Shown: in pieces, positions 1 through 9,556 of the stretch | Numbering within the stretch: the first letter of the stretch is position 1 | Layout: each line of letters starts with the position of its first letter | Program-made: the position numbers and the translations under genes | From: Candidatus Firestoneibacteriota bacterium | GTDB taxonomy: Bacteria; Oederibacteriota; D2-FULL-39-29; JBDRBU01 | Length of the DNA: 52,911 nucleotides | Direction of reading: 5' to 3' | Assembly: GCA_043822305.1 (NCBI GenBank) | Contig: JBDRBU010000034.1 | Location: forward strand, 1-52,911 | Notes under the pieces: model-generated | Told to the model about the DNA's origin: nothing | The model's input: the letters and a program-made list of their open reading frames with translations, nothing else | The model's database searches: none

Positions 1-140
1 TAATCCAAAATTGAAATTTCGTGTAAGAGGACTTAACCATAAAATATTATTTAGCAAACTGAAACTTGTAATTAAACAACCCCCTAACCCCCTTTATTAA
101 GGGGGAATTAAAAAATAGAGGGCTTTCACTGAATACTTAC
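1..140. mobile_element. MITE-like element, copy 1 (left end outside window)
   Basis: Near-identical to the right part of the element at 11280-11513; ends in the terminal repeat GGCTTTCACTGAATACTTAC; contains the CCCCCTTTATTAAGGGGG palindrome. Confidence 0.85.
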
Positions 141-171
141 AAAAATAGCATTTAGTAAAGATTGATAATTC

Positions 172-807
172 ATGAATAATGGCATTATTGGTATAGATGA
201 GTCAGGTAAAGGGGATTATTTTGGACCTCTTGTTATTGCCGGTGTTTATATAGATGATAATATAGAGAAAAAGTTGTCTGGACTTAATATAAGAGATAGT
301 AAATTAATATCTGATAATCGTGTATTAATTCTAAGTGAAGACATAAAAAAGAATACTCAATATTCGATAGTCGTTATAAATCCTGAAAGATATAATGAGA
401 TGTATGAAAAGATTAAGAATTTGAATAAAATGCTTGCCTGGGGGCACGCGAGAGTTATAGAAAATTTATTAGATGAAGTTAAATGTAATTGTGCCATATC
501 TGATAAATTTGGCAATGAAAGATTTATATTAAACGCTTTAATGAAGAAGGGAAAAAAAATTACGCTTAAGCAAGAGATTAAAGCAGAAAAGTATCTACCA
601 GTGGCGGCGGCATCAATCATAGCCAGAGCAGAGTATATAACAAGATTAGATAAATTGGGGAAAGATATAGGAATTAATCTTCCTAAAGGTGCATCTTCTG
701 GAGTTGAAGATGCGGCCAAGAGATTAGTAAAGAAGTTTGGTGAAGAGATATTATTAAAATTAGTAAAAGTTCATTTTAAAACAACCAAAAGAGTACTTAA
801 TGAATAA
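172..807 (+). CDS. rnhC: Ribonuclease HIII (catalytic domain only)
   Basis: IGIDESGKGDYFGPL, RDSK, SDKFG, VAAASIIAR, LPKGAS and KVHFKTT motifs typical of RNase HIII. Confidence 0.85.
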   Translation: MNNGIIGIDESGKGDYFGPLVIAGVYIDDNIEKKLSGLNIRDSKLISDNRVLILSEDIKKNTQYSIVVINPERYNEMYEKIKNLNKMLAWGHARVIENLLDEVKCNCAISDKFGNERFILNALMKKGKKITLKQEIKAEKYLPVAAASIIARAEYITRLDKLGKDIGINLPKGASSGVEDAAKRLVKKFGEEILLKLVKVHFKTTKRVLNE

Positions 808-877
808 AATAAAAGAAAAAAAATAATGAGTTTTTCTTTCCTTTGGATGTTTATCACCATTATACTTTGTTTGCGGG

Positions 878-1014
878 TAAAGGGGACAGCGACTATTAAA
901 TTGGTGTATGAGTAAAAAGACAAAATAAAGGTCACTGTCCCCTTTAATTGTCACAGAGTATATTTTAGGGACATCGACTATTTTTTATTGGCATAAAATA
1001 AATGTGGCTGTCCC
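878..1014. repeat. Two tandem GGGACA...TGTCCC inverted-repeat pairs (REP-like)
   Basis: TAAAGGGGACAGCGAC (878-893) pairs with GTCACTGTCCCCTTTA (931-946), 15/16; GGGACATCGAC (968-978) pairs imperfectly with GTGGCTGTCCC (1004-1014). Confidence 0.7.
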
Positions 1015-1173
1015 ATTTATTTCTCTAATTACTACTTCGGAAATAAAAATCTCATAAATGTTTTCTTTGATGGAAGAAAAAAATATCTTGGTTATATCCC
1101 TTTTCTCTGGAGCATCGTCGGCAAAGAAGAAATTCCAAACTGAAGTATCAAGATATAGTTTTAATTTTCGCAT
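985..1173 (-). pseudogene. Truncated PIN-domain (VapC-like) protein
   Basis: KLYLDTSV...FISEVVIREI is a PIN N-terminus; the frame runs into the GGGACAG repeat at about 1014 and stops after 62 aa. Confidence 0.7.
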
Positions 1174-1199
1174 AGATTCATCCTGTCTTTCCGCTAAAT

Positions 1200-1679
1200 T
1201 TACATAATTCCTTTTTCCCCGGTCTTTTTATTCTCAAAAATATTATCGTTTGGTTTGCAGGGTTTTGATACTTCAAGAAGAAGAGCATTACCTAATCCTA
1301 TGAAAGAATGGTAACTGCCTTGTGGCACCATGACAAGATTGCCTTGTTTTTTAATACTTTCTTTTCCGTGTATTTTCATTTTGACTTTTCCCTTTAAAAT
1401 AAAAAAAGTCTCATGTTTGAAATTATGTTTATGATACGGGCATGTCTGACCATTGAAAACGAAAAGAAATTTTCCACAGTAGCCCTCCTTGTTTTCATTG
1501 GCTACCCAATATTCAATCAAGCCAACTTTATAAAAATTGTCTAATCCTAAATCTAATACCTGGGGTTTTACCTTGGGCATGTTTATTTTCCATTTTTTTA
1601 AAACTTTTTTAAATTTATTTAATGCCCAGTCCCTTTTTTTACCCCAAATCTGGTAACTTTTCCTTTCTAAGTTTGCCAT
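1200..1679 (-). CDS. D-lyxose/D-mannose isomerase family cupin
   Basis: YCGKFLFVFNGQTCPYHKHNFKHETF, H-SF and LLEVS...DNIF motifs; GGAG SD upstream. Confidence 0.8.
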   Translation of the reverse strand: MANLERKSYQIWGKKRDWALNKFKKVLKKWKINMPKVKPQVLDLGLDNFYKVGLIEYWVANENKEGYCGKFLFVFNGQTCPYHKHNFKHETFFILKGKVKMKIHGKESIKKQGNLVMVPQGSYHSFIGLGNALLLEVSKPCKPNDNIFENKKTGEKGIM

Positions 1680-1696
1680 TTTTCTCCTTCTATATA

Positions 1697-1772
1697 TGGT
1701 GAGCCGGGCGCGAGTCGGACGCGCGACGCCCGCCTTAAAAGGGCGGTGCTCTACCAGCTGAGCTACCGGCCC
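1697..1772 (-). tRNA. tRNA-Lys (UUU), CCA encoded
   Basis: 76-nt cloverleaf: acceptor GGGCCGG/CCGGCTC, D arm GCTC/GAGC, anticodon stem CCGCC-CTTTTAA-GGCGG, T stem GCGCG/CGCGC, ends ACCA. Confidence 0.95.
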
Positions 1773-1803
1773 AAAAAATAGAAGTTAAAAATTATTAGAA
1801 GAT

Positions 1804-1832
1804 ATTTTAACAGATAATTTAATAAAGTGCAA
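1804..1832 (-). promoter_or_regulatory. Sigma70-type promoter for tRNA-Lys
   Basis: TTGCAC-17 bp-TAAAAT on the minus strand, about 30 nt upstream of the tRNA. Confidence 0.55.
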
Positions 1833-1896
1833 GTACTTTTTCATATTTTTATATTTTAAGTGGAATTTTTGATAATTTTATTATATAATTGTCATA

Positions 1897-4521
1897 ATGA
1901 AAATTATAACCAGCCATATAAATGCAGATTTTGATGCGTTAGCCTCAATGGTCGCAGCTGGGAAAATATATCCAGACGCAAAAATGGTATTTCCCGGAAG
2001 TTGTGAGAAAAAAGTTCAAGAATTTCTTTTACTTTACCATGAGCATTTTAAAGTTTTTAAGTTGAAAGATATTAACTTGGAAGAAATTACTGAACTAATT
2101 ATAGTTGATACTAAATCAGCTAAAAGAATAGGAGAGATTGGCAAAATCTTAAATAAAGAAGGATTAAAGATTTGTGTTTACGACCATCATCCACCGGGTG
2201 AGGATGATATAAAAGGCGAGATTCTCGGAAAAGATTTGCATCTTGGTGCAACCATTACATTGTTTTTAAAATATTTTAAAGAAAACGACATAAGTATTAA
2301 CACAGTTGAAGGCACGCTTTTTGCCATAGCCTTATATGAAGAAACCGGATTTTTTAGTTTTGCTTCTGTGACTCCATTAGAATTTGAAATGATGGCTTTC
2401 TTAATTAAATTTGGAGTAAATGTGAATATAGTCAAAGATTTTTTGAAAGAAGGTTTTACACTCGAACAGGATTTGTTGTTTCGTAAGTTGCTTTCTTCAA
2501 TCAAGACATATGAGATAAATAATTTTCCTATTAGAATAGCCGAAGCAGAGGTTTCTTATTTTGTAAAGGATATAGCCTTAGTCGTTCATAAATTACGAGA
2601 TATGGGTAATTTGAATTGTTTGTTTGCCATGGTGAAACTTCCGAATAGAATACATATTATAGCCAGAAGCAATATAGAAGAAGTAAATGTTGGAGAAGTT
2701 CTTAAAGAATTTGGTGGAGGTGGTCATAAAGTAGCAGCGGCGGCTACTTTAAAGGGTTCTGATTTAGTATCGGCTAAAGAAAATTTATTAAAGGTTTTGA
2801 AAGAAAAAGTAAGACCTTTTTTAAAAGCATCTGATATAATGAGCAAACCAGTGCTAACCATAAAATCAAATATTACCTGTGAAGAAGCAAGGAAAATAAT
2901 GTTAAGATTCAATCATAGTAGTTTACCGGTAGCGGTTGGTAACGAACTTAAAGGTATAGTAAGTATTACTGATCTGGATAAAGCAATTCAACATAATTTT
3001 AATAATGCAGAAGTGTCGGGTTATATGAAAACTAATGTTAAGACAGTAACACCTGAAACTCCATTTTTAGATATTCAAAGACTTATGATTGAAGAGAATA
3101 TTGGTAAGATTCCAGTTGTAGATGAGAACTTGCAAATTAAAGGCATAATTACAAGGACAGATGTATTAAAGAATATTAATAAAGAAATATTTAAAGAAAA
3201 GATAATTCAAATTGAAAAAGAATTAGAAAAAGTTCATCCAGAAATAATTAATGTGAAAGATATATTGATGAAAAGGTTGCCTTTAAAATTATATAATTTA
3301 TTAATTGAAATATGTAAGGTTGCAGAAAAAAACAATGTAAAAGCATATGTTGTTGGAGGTTTTGTTAGAGATTTATTGCTGAATATTGAAAATTTCGATG
3401 TAGATATTGCTATTGAAGGTAATGGAATTGGATTTGCTAATTTACTGGCTAAAAGATTTAAGGCAAGTGTTAAAAAGTATAAAAAGTTTGGAACGGCTGT
3501 TGTCCATTTCAAAGAAGGATTTAAAATAGATATTGCAACTTCAAGGGTTGAATTTTACGAGTATCCAGCCAGTGCCCCGCAAGTTGAATTTAGTTTAATA
3601 AAATATGATTTATTTAGAAGAGACTTTACGGTAAATACAATGGCTATAAAACTAAACTTAAAAGATTTTGGAACATTAATTGATTTTTTTGGTGGACAAA
3701 GAGATTTACAAAATAAGTTAATCAGGTCTTTGCATAATATGAGTTTTATTGAAGACCCTACTCGGATATTTCGGGCTATAAGGTTTGAGCAAAGGTACGG
3801 TTTTAAAATAGAGAATAGTACTCAAAACTATTTGAAAAACGCTCTTGAATTAGAAATGTTTGATAAACTTGCTACGCGTAAGATAAAAGACGAGATGGTT
3901 TTAATACTTGGTGAGGATTTACCACTTAAAGCTATTAATAGAATGAAAGAATTAAATGTTCTAAAATACATTCATCCTAATTTAAAAATCTCGAATGAAA
4001 CAAAACATCTTTTTAAGGAAGTAACAAATAGTTTTGTGGTTGAAGTGCTGTTTTTGGAAGAAAAGACAGACAGGTGGATTGTAAATTTTTTATCTCTGGT
4101 TGATTGTTTAAATATAGAAGAGATAAAAGAAGTATGTGAAAGGTTTAAGTTTGACAAAAATATACTACATAAAATAATTTTAATAAGAGAAAACGAGAAG
4201 AAGGTGATAAGTTGTTTAAATAGGGCGAAATTTAAAAATAGTCTTATATATAAAGAAGTATTTAATGTCCCGGTAGAGGGTTTATTGTTTTATCTGGCAA
4301 AGTCAAAAAGTTTAAGAGTGAGACAAAGACTCCATCTTTATATTTCAACATTGAAAAAAACAAAGGTTGAATTATCGGGTGATGATTTAAAGAATATAGG
4401 ATTAAAGCCAGGCCCTATTTACAAGGAAATTTTCAGAGAAATTTTGTATAATAAACTTGATGGAAATATTAAAACTAAAGATGATGAGATTAGTTATGTG
4501 AAAAAAATATATCAGCTCTGA
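1897..4521 (+). CDS. DHH-CBS-nucleotidyltransferase (A-adding type tRNA nucleotidyltransferase)
   Basis: HINADFDA, DHH and GGGGH (DHH/DHHA1), a CBS pair, VGGFVRDLLL, DVDIA, RRDFTVN and EDPTRIFRA. Confidence 0.9.
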   Translation: MKIITSHINADFDALASMVAAGKIYPDAKMVFPGSCEKKVQEFLLLYHEHFKVFKLKDINLEEITELIIVDTKSAKRIGEIGKILNKEGLKICVYDHHPPGEDDIKGEILGKDLHLGATITLFLKYFKENDISINTVEGTLFAIALYEETGFFSFASVTPLEFEMMAFLIKFGVNVNIVKDFLKEGFTLEQDLLFRKLLSSIKTYEINNFPIRIAEAEVSYFVKDIALVVHKLRDMGNLNCLFAMVKLPNRIHIIARSNIEEVNVGEVLKEFGGGGHKVAAAATLKGSDLVSAKENLLKVLKEKVRPFLKASDIMSKPVLTIKSNITCEEARKIMLRFNHSSLPVAVGNELKGIVSITDLDKAIQHNFNNAEVSGYMKTNVKTVTPETPFLDIQRLMIEENIGKIPVVDENLQIKGIITRTDVLKNINKEIFKEKIIQIEKELEKVHPEIINVKDILMKRLPLKLYNLLIEICKVAEKNNVKAYVVGGFVRDLLLNIENFDVDIAIEGNGIGFANLLAKRFKASVKKYKKFGTAVVHFKEGFKIDIATSRVEFYEYPASAPQVEFSLIKYDLFRRDFTVNTMAIKLNLKDFGTLIDFFGGQRDLQNKLIRSLHNMSFIEDPTRIFRAIRFEQRYGFKIENSTQNYLKNALELEMFDKLATRKIKDEMVLILGEDLPLKAINRMKELNVLKYIHPNLKISNETKHLFKEVTNSFVVEVLFLEEKTDRWIVNFLSLVDCLNIEEIKEVCERFKFDKNILHKIILIRENEKKVISCLNRAKFKNSLIYKEVFNVPVEGLLFYLAKSKSLRVRQRLHLYISTLKKTKVELSGDDLKNIGLKPGPIYKEIFREILYNKLDGNIKTKDDEISYVKKIYQL

Positions 4522-4555
4522 CGAATGAATTTTTTTCTCACCTGGGTCTATTTTA

Positions 4556-4584
4556 TTGACATACGACATTCAAGATGATATAGT
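4556..4584 (+). promoter_or_regulatory. Sigma70-type promoter
   Basis: TTGACA-17 bp-TATAGT with an extended TG. Confidence 0.6.
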
Positions 4585-4630
4585 TTAAATATAATATGTA
4601 AGCCGTTCTAAAGACAGATTTTATTATATT

Positions 4631-4655
4631 GTCGCGTCCCATTTTACATGGGACG
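4631..4655. repeat. REP-like palindrome (CGTCCCAT family)
   Basis: GTCG-CGTCCCAT-TTTAC-ATGGGACG; second copy at 37355-37380. Confidence 0.7.
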
Positions 4656-4684
4656 GTGAATAAGATGCGTCTGGAAAAAATATT

Positions 4685-6634
4685 ATGAGAAAGTGGGCGC
4701 TGTCCCTAATTTTAATAACCATAGTGGTGATTGTTTTTTTACCATGTCTTAATAATGGGTTTACTAATTTGGATGATGATGGGTATGTTATTAAAAATCC
4801 AGATATCCGGGAATTATCAATAAATAATATAAAAAAAATCTTCTCCTCTTTTTATTTGGGCAATTATCATCCATTAACACTTTTATCTTATTCAACTGAA
4901 TATTATTTATTTAAGTTAAATCCAACCGTTTATCATTTAACAAATTTGGTTTTTCATTTGTTCAATGTTTTATTAGTCTTTTGGCTTATTTTTTTAATTT
5001 GTGATAATGTGTTTGTTTCTTTTATTGTTTCTTTATTATTTGGAATACATCCACTACATGTGGAGTCAGTAGCCTGGATTGCGGAGAGGAAAGATGTTTT
5101 ATATTCGTTTTTCTTTTTCATAGGATTGATATGTTATGTTTTTTATTTAAAGAAAAATAATATTAAATATTATTTTTTGTCTTTATTTGTTTTTATCCTG
5201 TCACTTTTATCTAAAGGAATGGCTATAACTTTTCCGTTATTGATTCTTCTTTTAGATTACTTTTTTAGTAGAAAATTTAGCAAGAAAATACTATTAGAAA
5301 AAATTCCATTTTTTTTAATTTCTATTATATTTAGTCTTATTGGAATTTTTGCTCAATATTCAGATAAACTTGTAAGAGCTGAGTATGAGCATACTTTACT
5401 AAATAGTTTAATTGTTAGTAGTTATGGATTAGGTTTTTATTTGTTTAAATTTATATTTCCAATTAAACTCTCCTGCTTTTATCAGTATCCGTCCTTGTCT
5501 GGGATGTTGCCATTTATATTTATATTTTTAATAATTGCTATTTTAATAATTATTTTAAGTAGAAAGTCTAAAAAAGTAGTTTTCGGAAGCTTGTTTTTTA
5601 TAATAAGTATTTTACCCGTTTTGCAAATTTTACCTCTGGGGGCAGCAGTGCCAGCAGACCGTTATACATATATCCCTTTTATAGGTTTATTTTATATTCT
5701 GGGAGAAAGTTTTTATTATGTATATTTAAAAAAACGAGGAATAGTTAAAATTCTTTTATTAGTTATTTTTATCATTTTGTCTTTTTTAACATATCAAAGG
5801 TGTAAAGTTTGGAAAGATAGTTTAACATTATGGAAGGATGTTTTAGTCAAATACCCAAATTCTGCAAAAGCATTTAACTCTCTGGGAATTGCTTATAATG
5901 AAGTAAAAAAATATGATAATGCAATTTTATGTTTTAATAATGCTGTAAAAATTAAATCCGATTATTTAGAGGTATATAATAATCGGGGAATTGCTTATTT
6001 TAATAAGCGTGATTATAATAAGGCTATATCTGATTATGAGACGGCCAAAAAGATTACTCCAGATATTGCGGAAGTTTATAAAAACCTTGGAGATGTTTAC
6101 GGAGAAATTGGTGAATTTGAAAAAGCAATTTTAGAGTATGGTCAGGGAATAAGTTTAAAACCAAATAATGCAGAGTTTTATAATGATATAGGAATTGTTT
6201 ATAGTCGTAAAGGTGATTATGAAAACGCTATTTTTAATTTTGATAAATCAATAAGTTTGAATCCAAACTTATCTTCTGCTTATAATAATAAAGGAATTAC
6301 AAATAGCAAAATTGGAGAATATGATAAAGCAATATCAGATTATACAAGAGCAATTATATTAGAACCTGATCGTGCGGAATTTTATAATAACCGTGGGATT
6401 GTTTATGGCCATAAAAAAGAGTATAATAAAGCATTAGAAGATTATAGTGTGGCCATAAAGTTAAGACCTGATTCTGCCGAATACTATAATAATCGTGGTG
6501 TTTTGTATACTAATATGGAAGAGTATGAAAAAGCTATTTTGGATTATAATAAAGCAATAAAGCTCAATCCAAATTATTTAAATGCTTATAAAAATAAAGA
6601 GAGTACTTATAAAAAACAAAAAGGGATGAAGTAA
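4685..6634 (+). CDS. TMTC-like GT-C membrane glycosyltransferase with C-terminal TPRs
   Basis: DDDGYV, YHPLT, HPLHVESVAWIAERKDVL, LLSK and ADRYTYIP motifs; many TM helices; about 7-8 TPRs (AxYNNRG). Confidence 0.85.
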   Translation: MRKWALSLILITIVVIVFLPCLNNGFTNLDDDGYVIKNPDIRELSINNIKKIFSSFYLGNYHPLTLLSYSTEYYLFKLNPTVYHLTNLVFHLFNVLLVFWLIFLICDNVFVSFIVSLLFGIHPLHVESVAWIAERKDVLYSFFFFIGLICYVFYLKKNNIKYYFLSLFVFILSLLSKGMAITFPLLILLLDYFFSRKFSKKILLEKIPFFLISIIFSLIGIFAQYSDKLVRAEYEHTLLNSLIVSSYGLGFYLFKFIFPIKLSCFYQYPSLSGMLPFIFIFLIIAILIIILSRKSKKVVFGSLFFIISILPVLQILPLGAAVPADRYTYIPFIGLFYILGESFYYVYLKKRGIVKILLLVIFIILSFLTYQRCKVWKDSLTLWKDVLVKYPNSAKAFNSLGIAYNEVKKYDNAILCFNNAVKIKSDYLEVYNNRGIAYFNKRDYNKAISDYETAKKITPDIAEVYKNLGDVYGEIGEFEKAILEYGQGISLKPNNAEFYNDIGIVYSRKGDYENAIFNFDKSISLNPNLSSAYNNKGITNSKIGEYDKAISDYTRAIILEPDRAEFYNNRGIVYGHKKEYNKALEDYSVAIKLRPDSAEYYNNRGVLYTNMEEYEKAILDYNKAIKLNPNYLNAYKNKESTYKKQKGMK

Positions 6635-6648
6635 AGTATATAGATTGT

Positions 6649-6676
6649 GTCGGGGTCAGGGACGACCCCGACTCCA
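6649..6676 (-). repeat. REP-like palindrome (GGAG-GTCGGGGTC family)
   Basis: GTCGGGGTC-AGGGAC-GACCCCGAC-TCCA; near-identical copy at 40374-40401 and a degenerate copy at about 23698-23723. Confidence 0.75.
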
Positions 6677-6709
6677 TTTTTATATGGCACATTAAAACGG
6701 GAGCGAAAT

Positions 6710-9484
6710 ATGGTGTCTGTCCCCATTATAAGATTAAAATTAAAAATCATAAGATTTTTTGAAGGGATATTTATTTCAATATTTGTAATTATTTCTTATT
6801 TAATATTATTTAGTCTGCTTGATTTCTTTGTAAGATTTGCTTATTCTGTAAGATACTTTGCGTTTATTTCATTTTTTGTAACATTAGCCGTTTCTTTATT
6901 TTATTTTGCAATCCATCCCTTGTTTAAACTAATATCTGATGATGATATTGCACTTCTTATTCAAAGAAAAAATAAATTTCTTAAAGATGATGTTATAAAT
7001 GCAGTTCAGTTGTCAAGAGATTTGGCTAAAGACAAAATATATGGTTTATCAAAAGATATTATTGAGGAATTTGTAAAAAGAGTAGCAAATAGAATTAAAA
7101 AGGTTAATCTTTCATCTGTGTTTGATACATCTCAACTTAAAAAGTATTTAATATCCGGATTATGTTCTACAGTTATTCTTTTTACAATTACTTATTTACC
7201 GCCTTATATTGGAAAAACATCTTTAGATAGGTTGTTTAATCCCTTAACTGATGTTGAAATTTCAAAAGATTTTTTACAAAAAGAGTTGCCAGAGATAGGA
7301 GATGTTAAAGTAAAAGTATATTATCCTAAATATACTAATTTGGAACCTGAAGTTATTGAAGAAGGAGGGAAGGCAGAGGTATTGAAAAATTCGATGGTGG
7401 TTATATCTGGAACATCAAATAAGCCATTAAGTAGAGCCATCTTTAAATTTCGCCAGGATAGAATATTGGAAAATTTAACGATGCAGGTTAAAAATGGGAT
7501 TTATCCAGAGATAAAATTAAAAGCAGTAGAAGATTTTGAATACTGGATTGAATTAATTGATAGGGGAGGAAATAGAAACAAGGAAAATATGCTACATTCG
7601 ATTAAGGTTATCAAAGATGAGGTTCCTAAAGTAGTGTTAATTTTTCCACAGCAGGATTTAATGATTGCTCCCAATGCAGAATTAAAGGTTATTTATGAGT
7701 CTAGTGATGATTTTGGAGTAACTTCATCAAACTTAGTTATAGAAAAAGATAATAAAATTTATAAATCATCCCTGGAGAGAAATGATAACCCAGCGGTCCA
7801 TAAAATTTCTGAGTACCTGTGGGATATCGGTAAACTTGGATTAAATTTTGGAGAGAGTATAACTTTTTATGTTGAGGTTGTAGATAATGATTTAGAATCC
7901 GGCCCTAATGTGGGAAGCTCTCAAAAAATAAAATTACAGGTGCCAACATTAGAGAGTTTTATGAAAATGACTTCACCCTTAGAGAAAGACAGGTTAGATA
8001 ATTTGCTTAAAGAAAGTCAGGATTTATATAGTAAACATGCGGATTTTTTAAAGAATCTTGAAAAATTCAAGGAATTAGGAAAATTTGATCTGGATAGATT
8101 AATGGGAGATTTAGACATGCTTTACTCTTATTTTCGTTCGCTACAAAAAGACTTAGCATCTTTAGGACAGGTTATTTCTGAAGATTTTGTTAATAAGGAA
8201 GATGTTAAAGATTTAGGATTAAATGAAATTAGTAAATTGCTTAACGAAATTAAGAAAAGCATAGAAGAGGGCGATTTTGAAAAAGCAGAGAAATTAGCCA
8301 AGGAATTGTCAAGAAAACTATCTGAATTGCTTAAGACATTGGCTAAAGTTTTAAATAAAAGCAGAAATAGTAGATATAATAATATGCTTGGCGAATCAAA
8401 AAGTTTTAGTGGTGAATTGGATAAATTACTGAAAGATGAAAAAGAAATTTACAGCGAGAGTAATAAAATAAATAAATTGGATACAGAATCTCTTTTGAAG
8501 GAGCAAGAAGAATTGCTTAAGAAATTATCCAAGATGCAGAAAGATATTTTGGATTTTGCCAAAAAATTTAAAGAAGATGTTGTTAATAAAAATATTAAAG
8601 AAATATTAAATGTGGTAATTTTAAATCAAAATGAGATATTACCCAGAATGCAAGAAGTGTCTAATGAGTTTTTAAATTTAAAGATTAAAAATAGTATTAA
8701 ATATTTGGAAGAAATAATAAATTTTTCAAATAGTGGTTCAATACTGGCAAAAGATTATTTAGGACAGTTAAATAATAATTTAAAGGATATAGATAAAAAG
8801 ATTAGTGAAACAAAAAAAGAAGATAAGACAATGGAAAATTTATTAAAAGAAAAATCATTAAGAGAACTTAAAATTAAAGATGGTTTATCTGTTGAACAAT
8901 CGTTTGAAAATATAAAAAATAAAGAAGCAGAAATATTAGAACTATTAAAAAAAGGTTCTCTTCGAAAAGTTCAAATCAGCCAAAAAGAGAAGTGGCCTAT
9001 AATGAATAAACAAAAAGATGTTACAGGAAGAACAGGTAAACTTAAAGAAAAATTTGAGAATTTTTCTAAAATGGGAATACCCATTAATGAAATGATAGAT
9101 GATTCTATCTCGGCCATTTCGTCAATGAAAGGCGTAGAAAGTAACCTTGATCGTTCAAATCTAAGAGGTGCAATTTCAAAAGAGCAGGAATCTATATATT
9201 ATTTAGAAAAATTAAAACAAAGTGCTGATGAGTTATCAAATAGGCTGGGTGAAATGGGTGAAGGAGAAGGTGGAGGACTATTTTTAGTTGCGCCTTCCAA
9301 GGGAGTTGGTTCCAGAGGTGGAGGAATATTAGGAACATTAGAAGGTTATGTGAAAATACCTTCGCCAAAAGAATATAAACCTCCAAAAGAGTTTAGAGAA
9401 GACATAATGGATGCTTTAAAAGAAAAATTCCCGCAAAAATACAAGGAATTGATAGAAGAATATTACAAAAAATTATTGCGTTAA
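6710..9484 (+). CDS. DUF4175-like membrane protein (TM helices, Ig-like domains, long coiled coil)
   Basis: N-terminal TMs, INAVQL, YPKYT, SDDFGV and DNDxxSGPNVGSS motifs, coiled coil, C-terminal PQKYKELIEEYYKKL. Start uncertain. Confidence 0.7.
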   Translation: MVSVPIIRLKLKIIRFFEGIFISIFVIISYLILFSLLDFFVRFAYSVRYFAFISFFVTLAVSLFYFAIHPLFKLISDDDIALLIQRKNKFLKDDVINAVQLSRDLAKDKIYGLSKDIIEEFVKRVANRIKKVNLSSVFDTSQLKKYLISGLCSTVILFTITYLPPYIGKTSLDRLFNPLTDVEISKDFLQKELPEIGDVKVKVYYPKYTNLEPEVIEEGGKAEVLKNSMVVISGTSNKPLSRAIFKFRQDRILENLTMQVKNGIYPEIKLKAVEDFEYWIELIDRGGNRNKENMLHSIKVIKDEVPKVVLIFPQQDLMIAPNAELKVIYESSDDFGVTSSNLVIEKDNKIYKSSLERNDNPAVHKISEYLWDIGKLGLNFGESITFYVEVVDNDLESGPNVGSSQKIKLQVPTLESFMKMTSPLEKDRLDNLLKESQDLYSKHADFLKNLEKFKELGKFDLDRLMGDLDMLYSYFRSLQKDLASLGQVISEDFVNKEDVKDLGLNEISKLLNEIKKSIEEGDFEKAEKLAKELSRKLSELLKTLAKVLNKSRNSRYNNMLGESKSFSGELDKLLKDEKEIYSESNKINKLDTESLLKEQEELLKKLSKMQKDILDFAKKFKEDVVNKNIKEILNVVILNQNEILPRMQEVSNEFLNLKIKNSIKYLEEIINFSNSGSILAKDYLGQLNNNLKDIDKKISETKKEDKTMENLLKEKSLRELKIKDGLSVEQSFENIKNKEAEILELLKKGSLRKVQISQKEKWPIMNKQKDVTGRTGKLKEKFENFSKMGIPINEMIDDSISAISSMKGVESNLDRSNLRGAISKEQESIYYLEKLKQSADELSNRLGEMGEGEGGGLFLVAPSKGVGSRGGGILGTLEGYVKIPSPKEYKPPKEFREDIMDALKEKFPQKYKELIEEYYKKLLR

Positions 9485-9510
9485 ATGAGAAAACTCCACA
9501 AAATTAAGTA

Positions 9511-9539
9511 TTGACAAAATCAAATATTTATTGTATAAT
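9511..9539 (+). promoter_or_regulatory. Consensus sigma70 promoter for the pilus/T2SS cluster
   Basis: TTGACA-17 bp-TATAAT exactly. Confidence 0.75.
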
Positions 9540-9556
9540 TACTAATAAATTGTGGT

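Noticed and set aside
1200..1772. Integrative island at tRNA-Lys
   Set aside because: No integrase and no duplicated tRNA 3' end were found.
5870..6600. TPR-coding repeats as a DGR template/variable pair
   Set aside because: The repeats are degenerate at all bases with 34-aa periodicity, and no reverse transcriptase is in the window.
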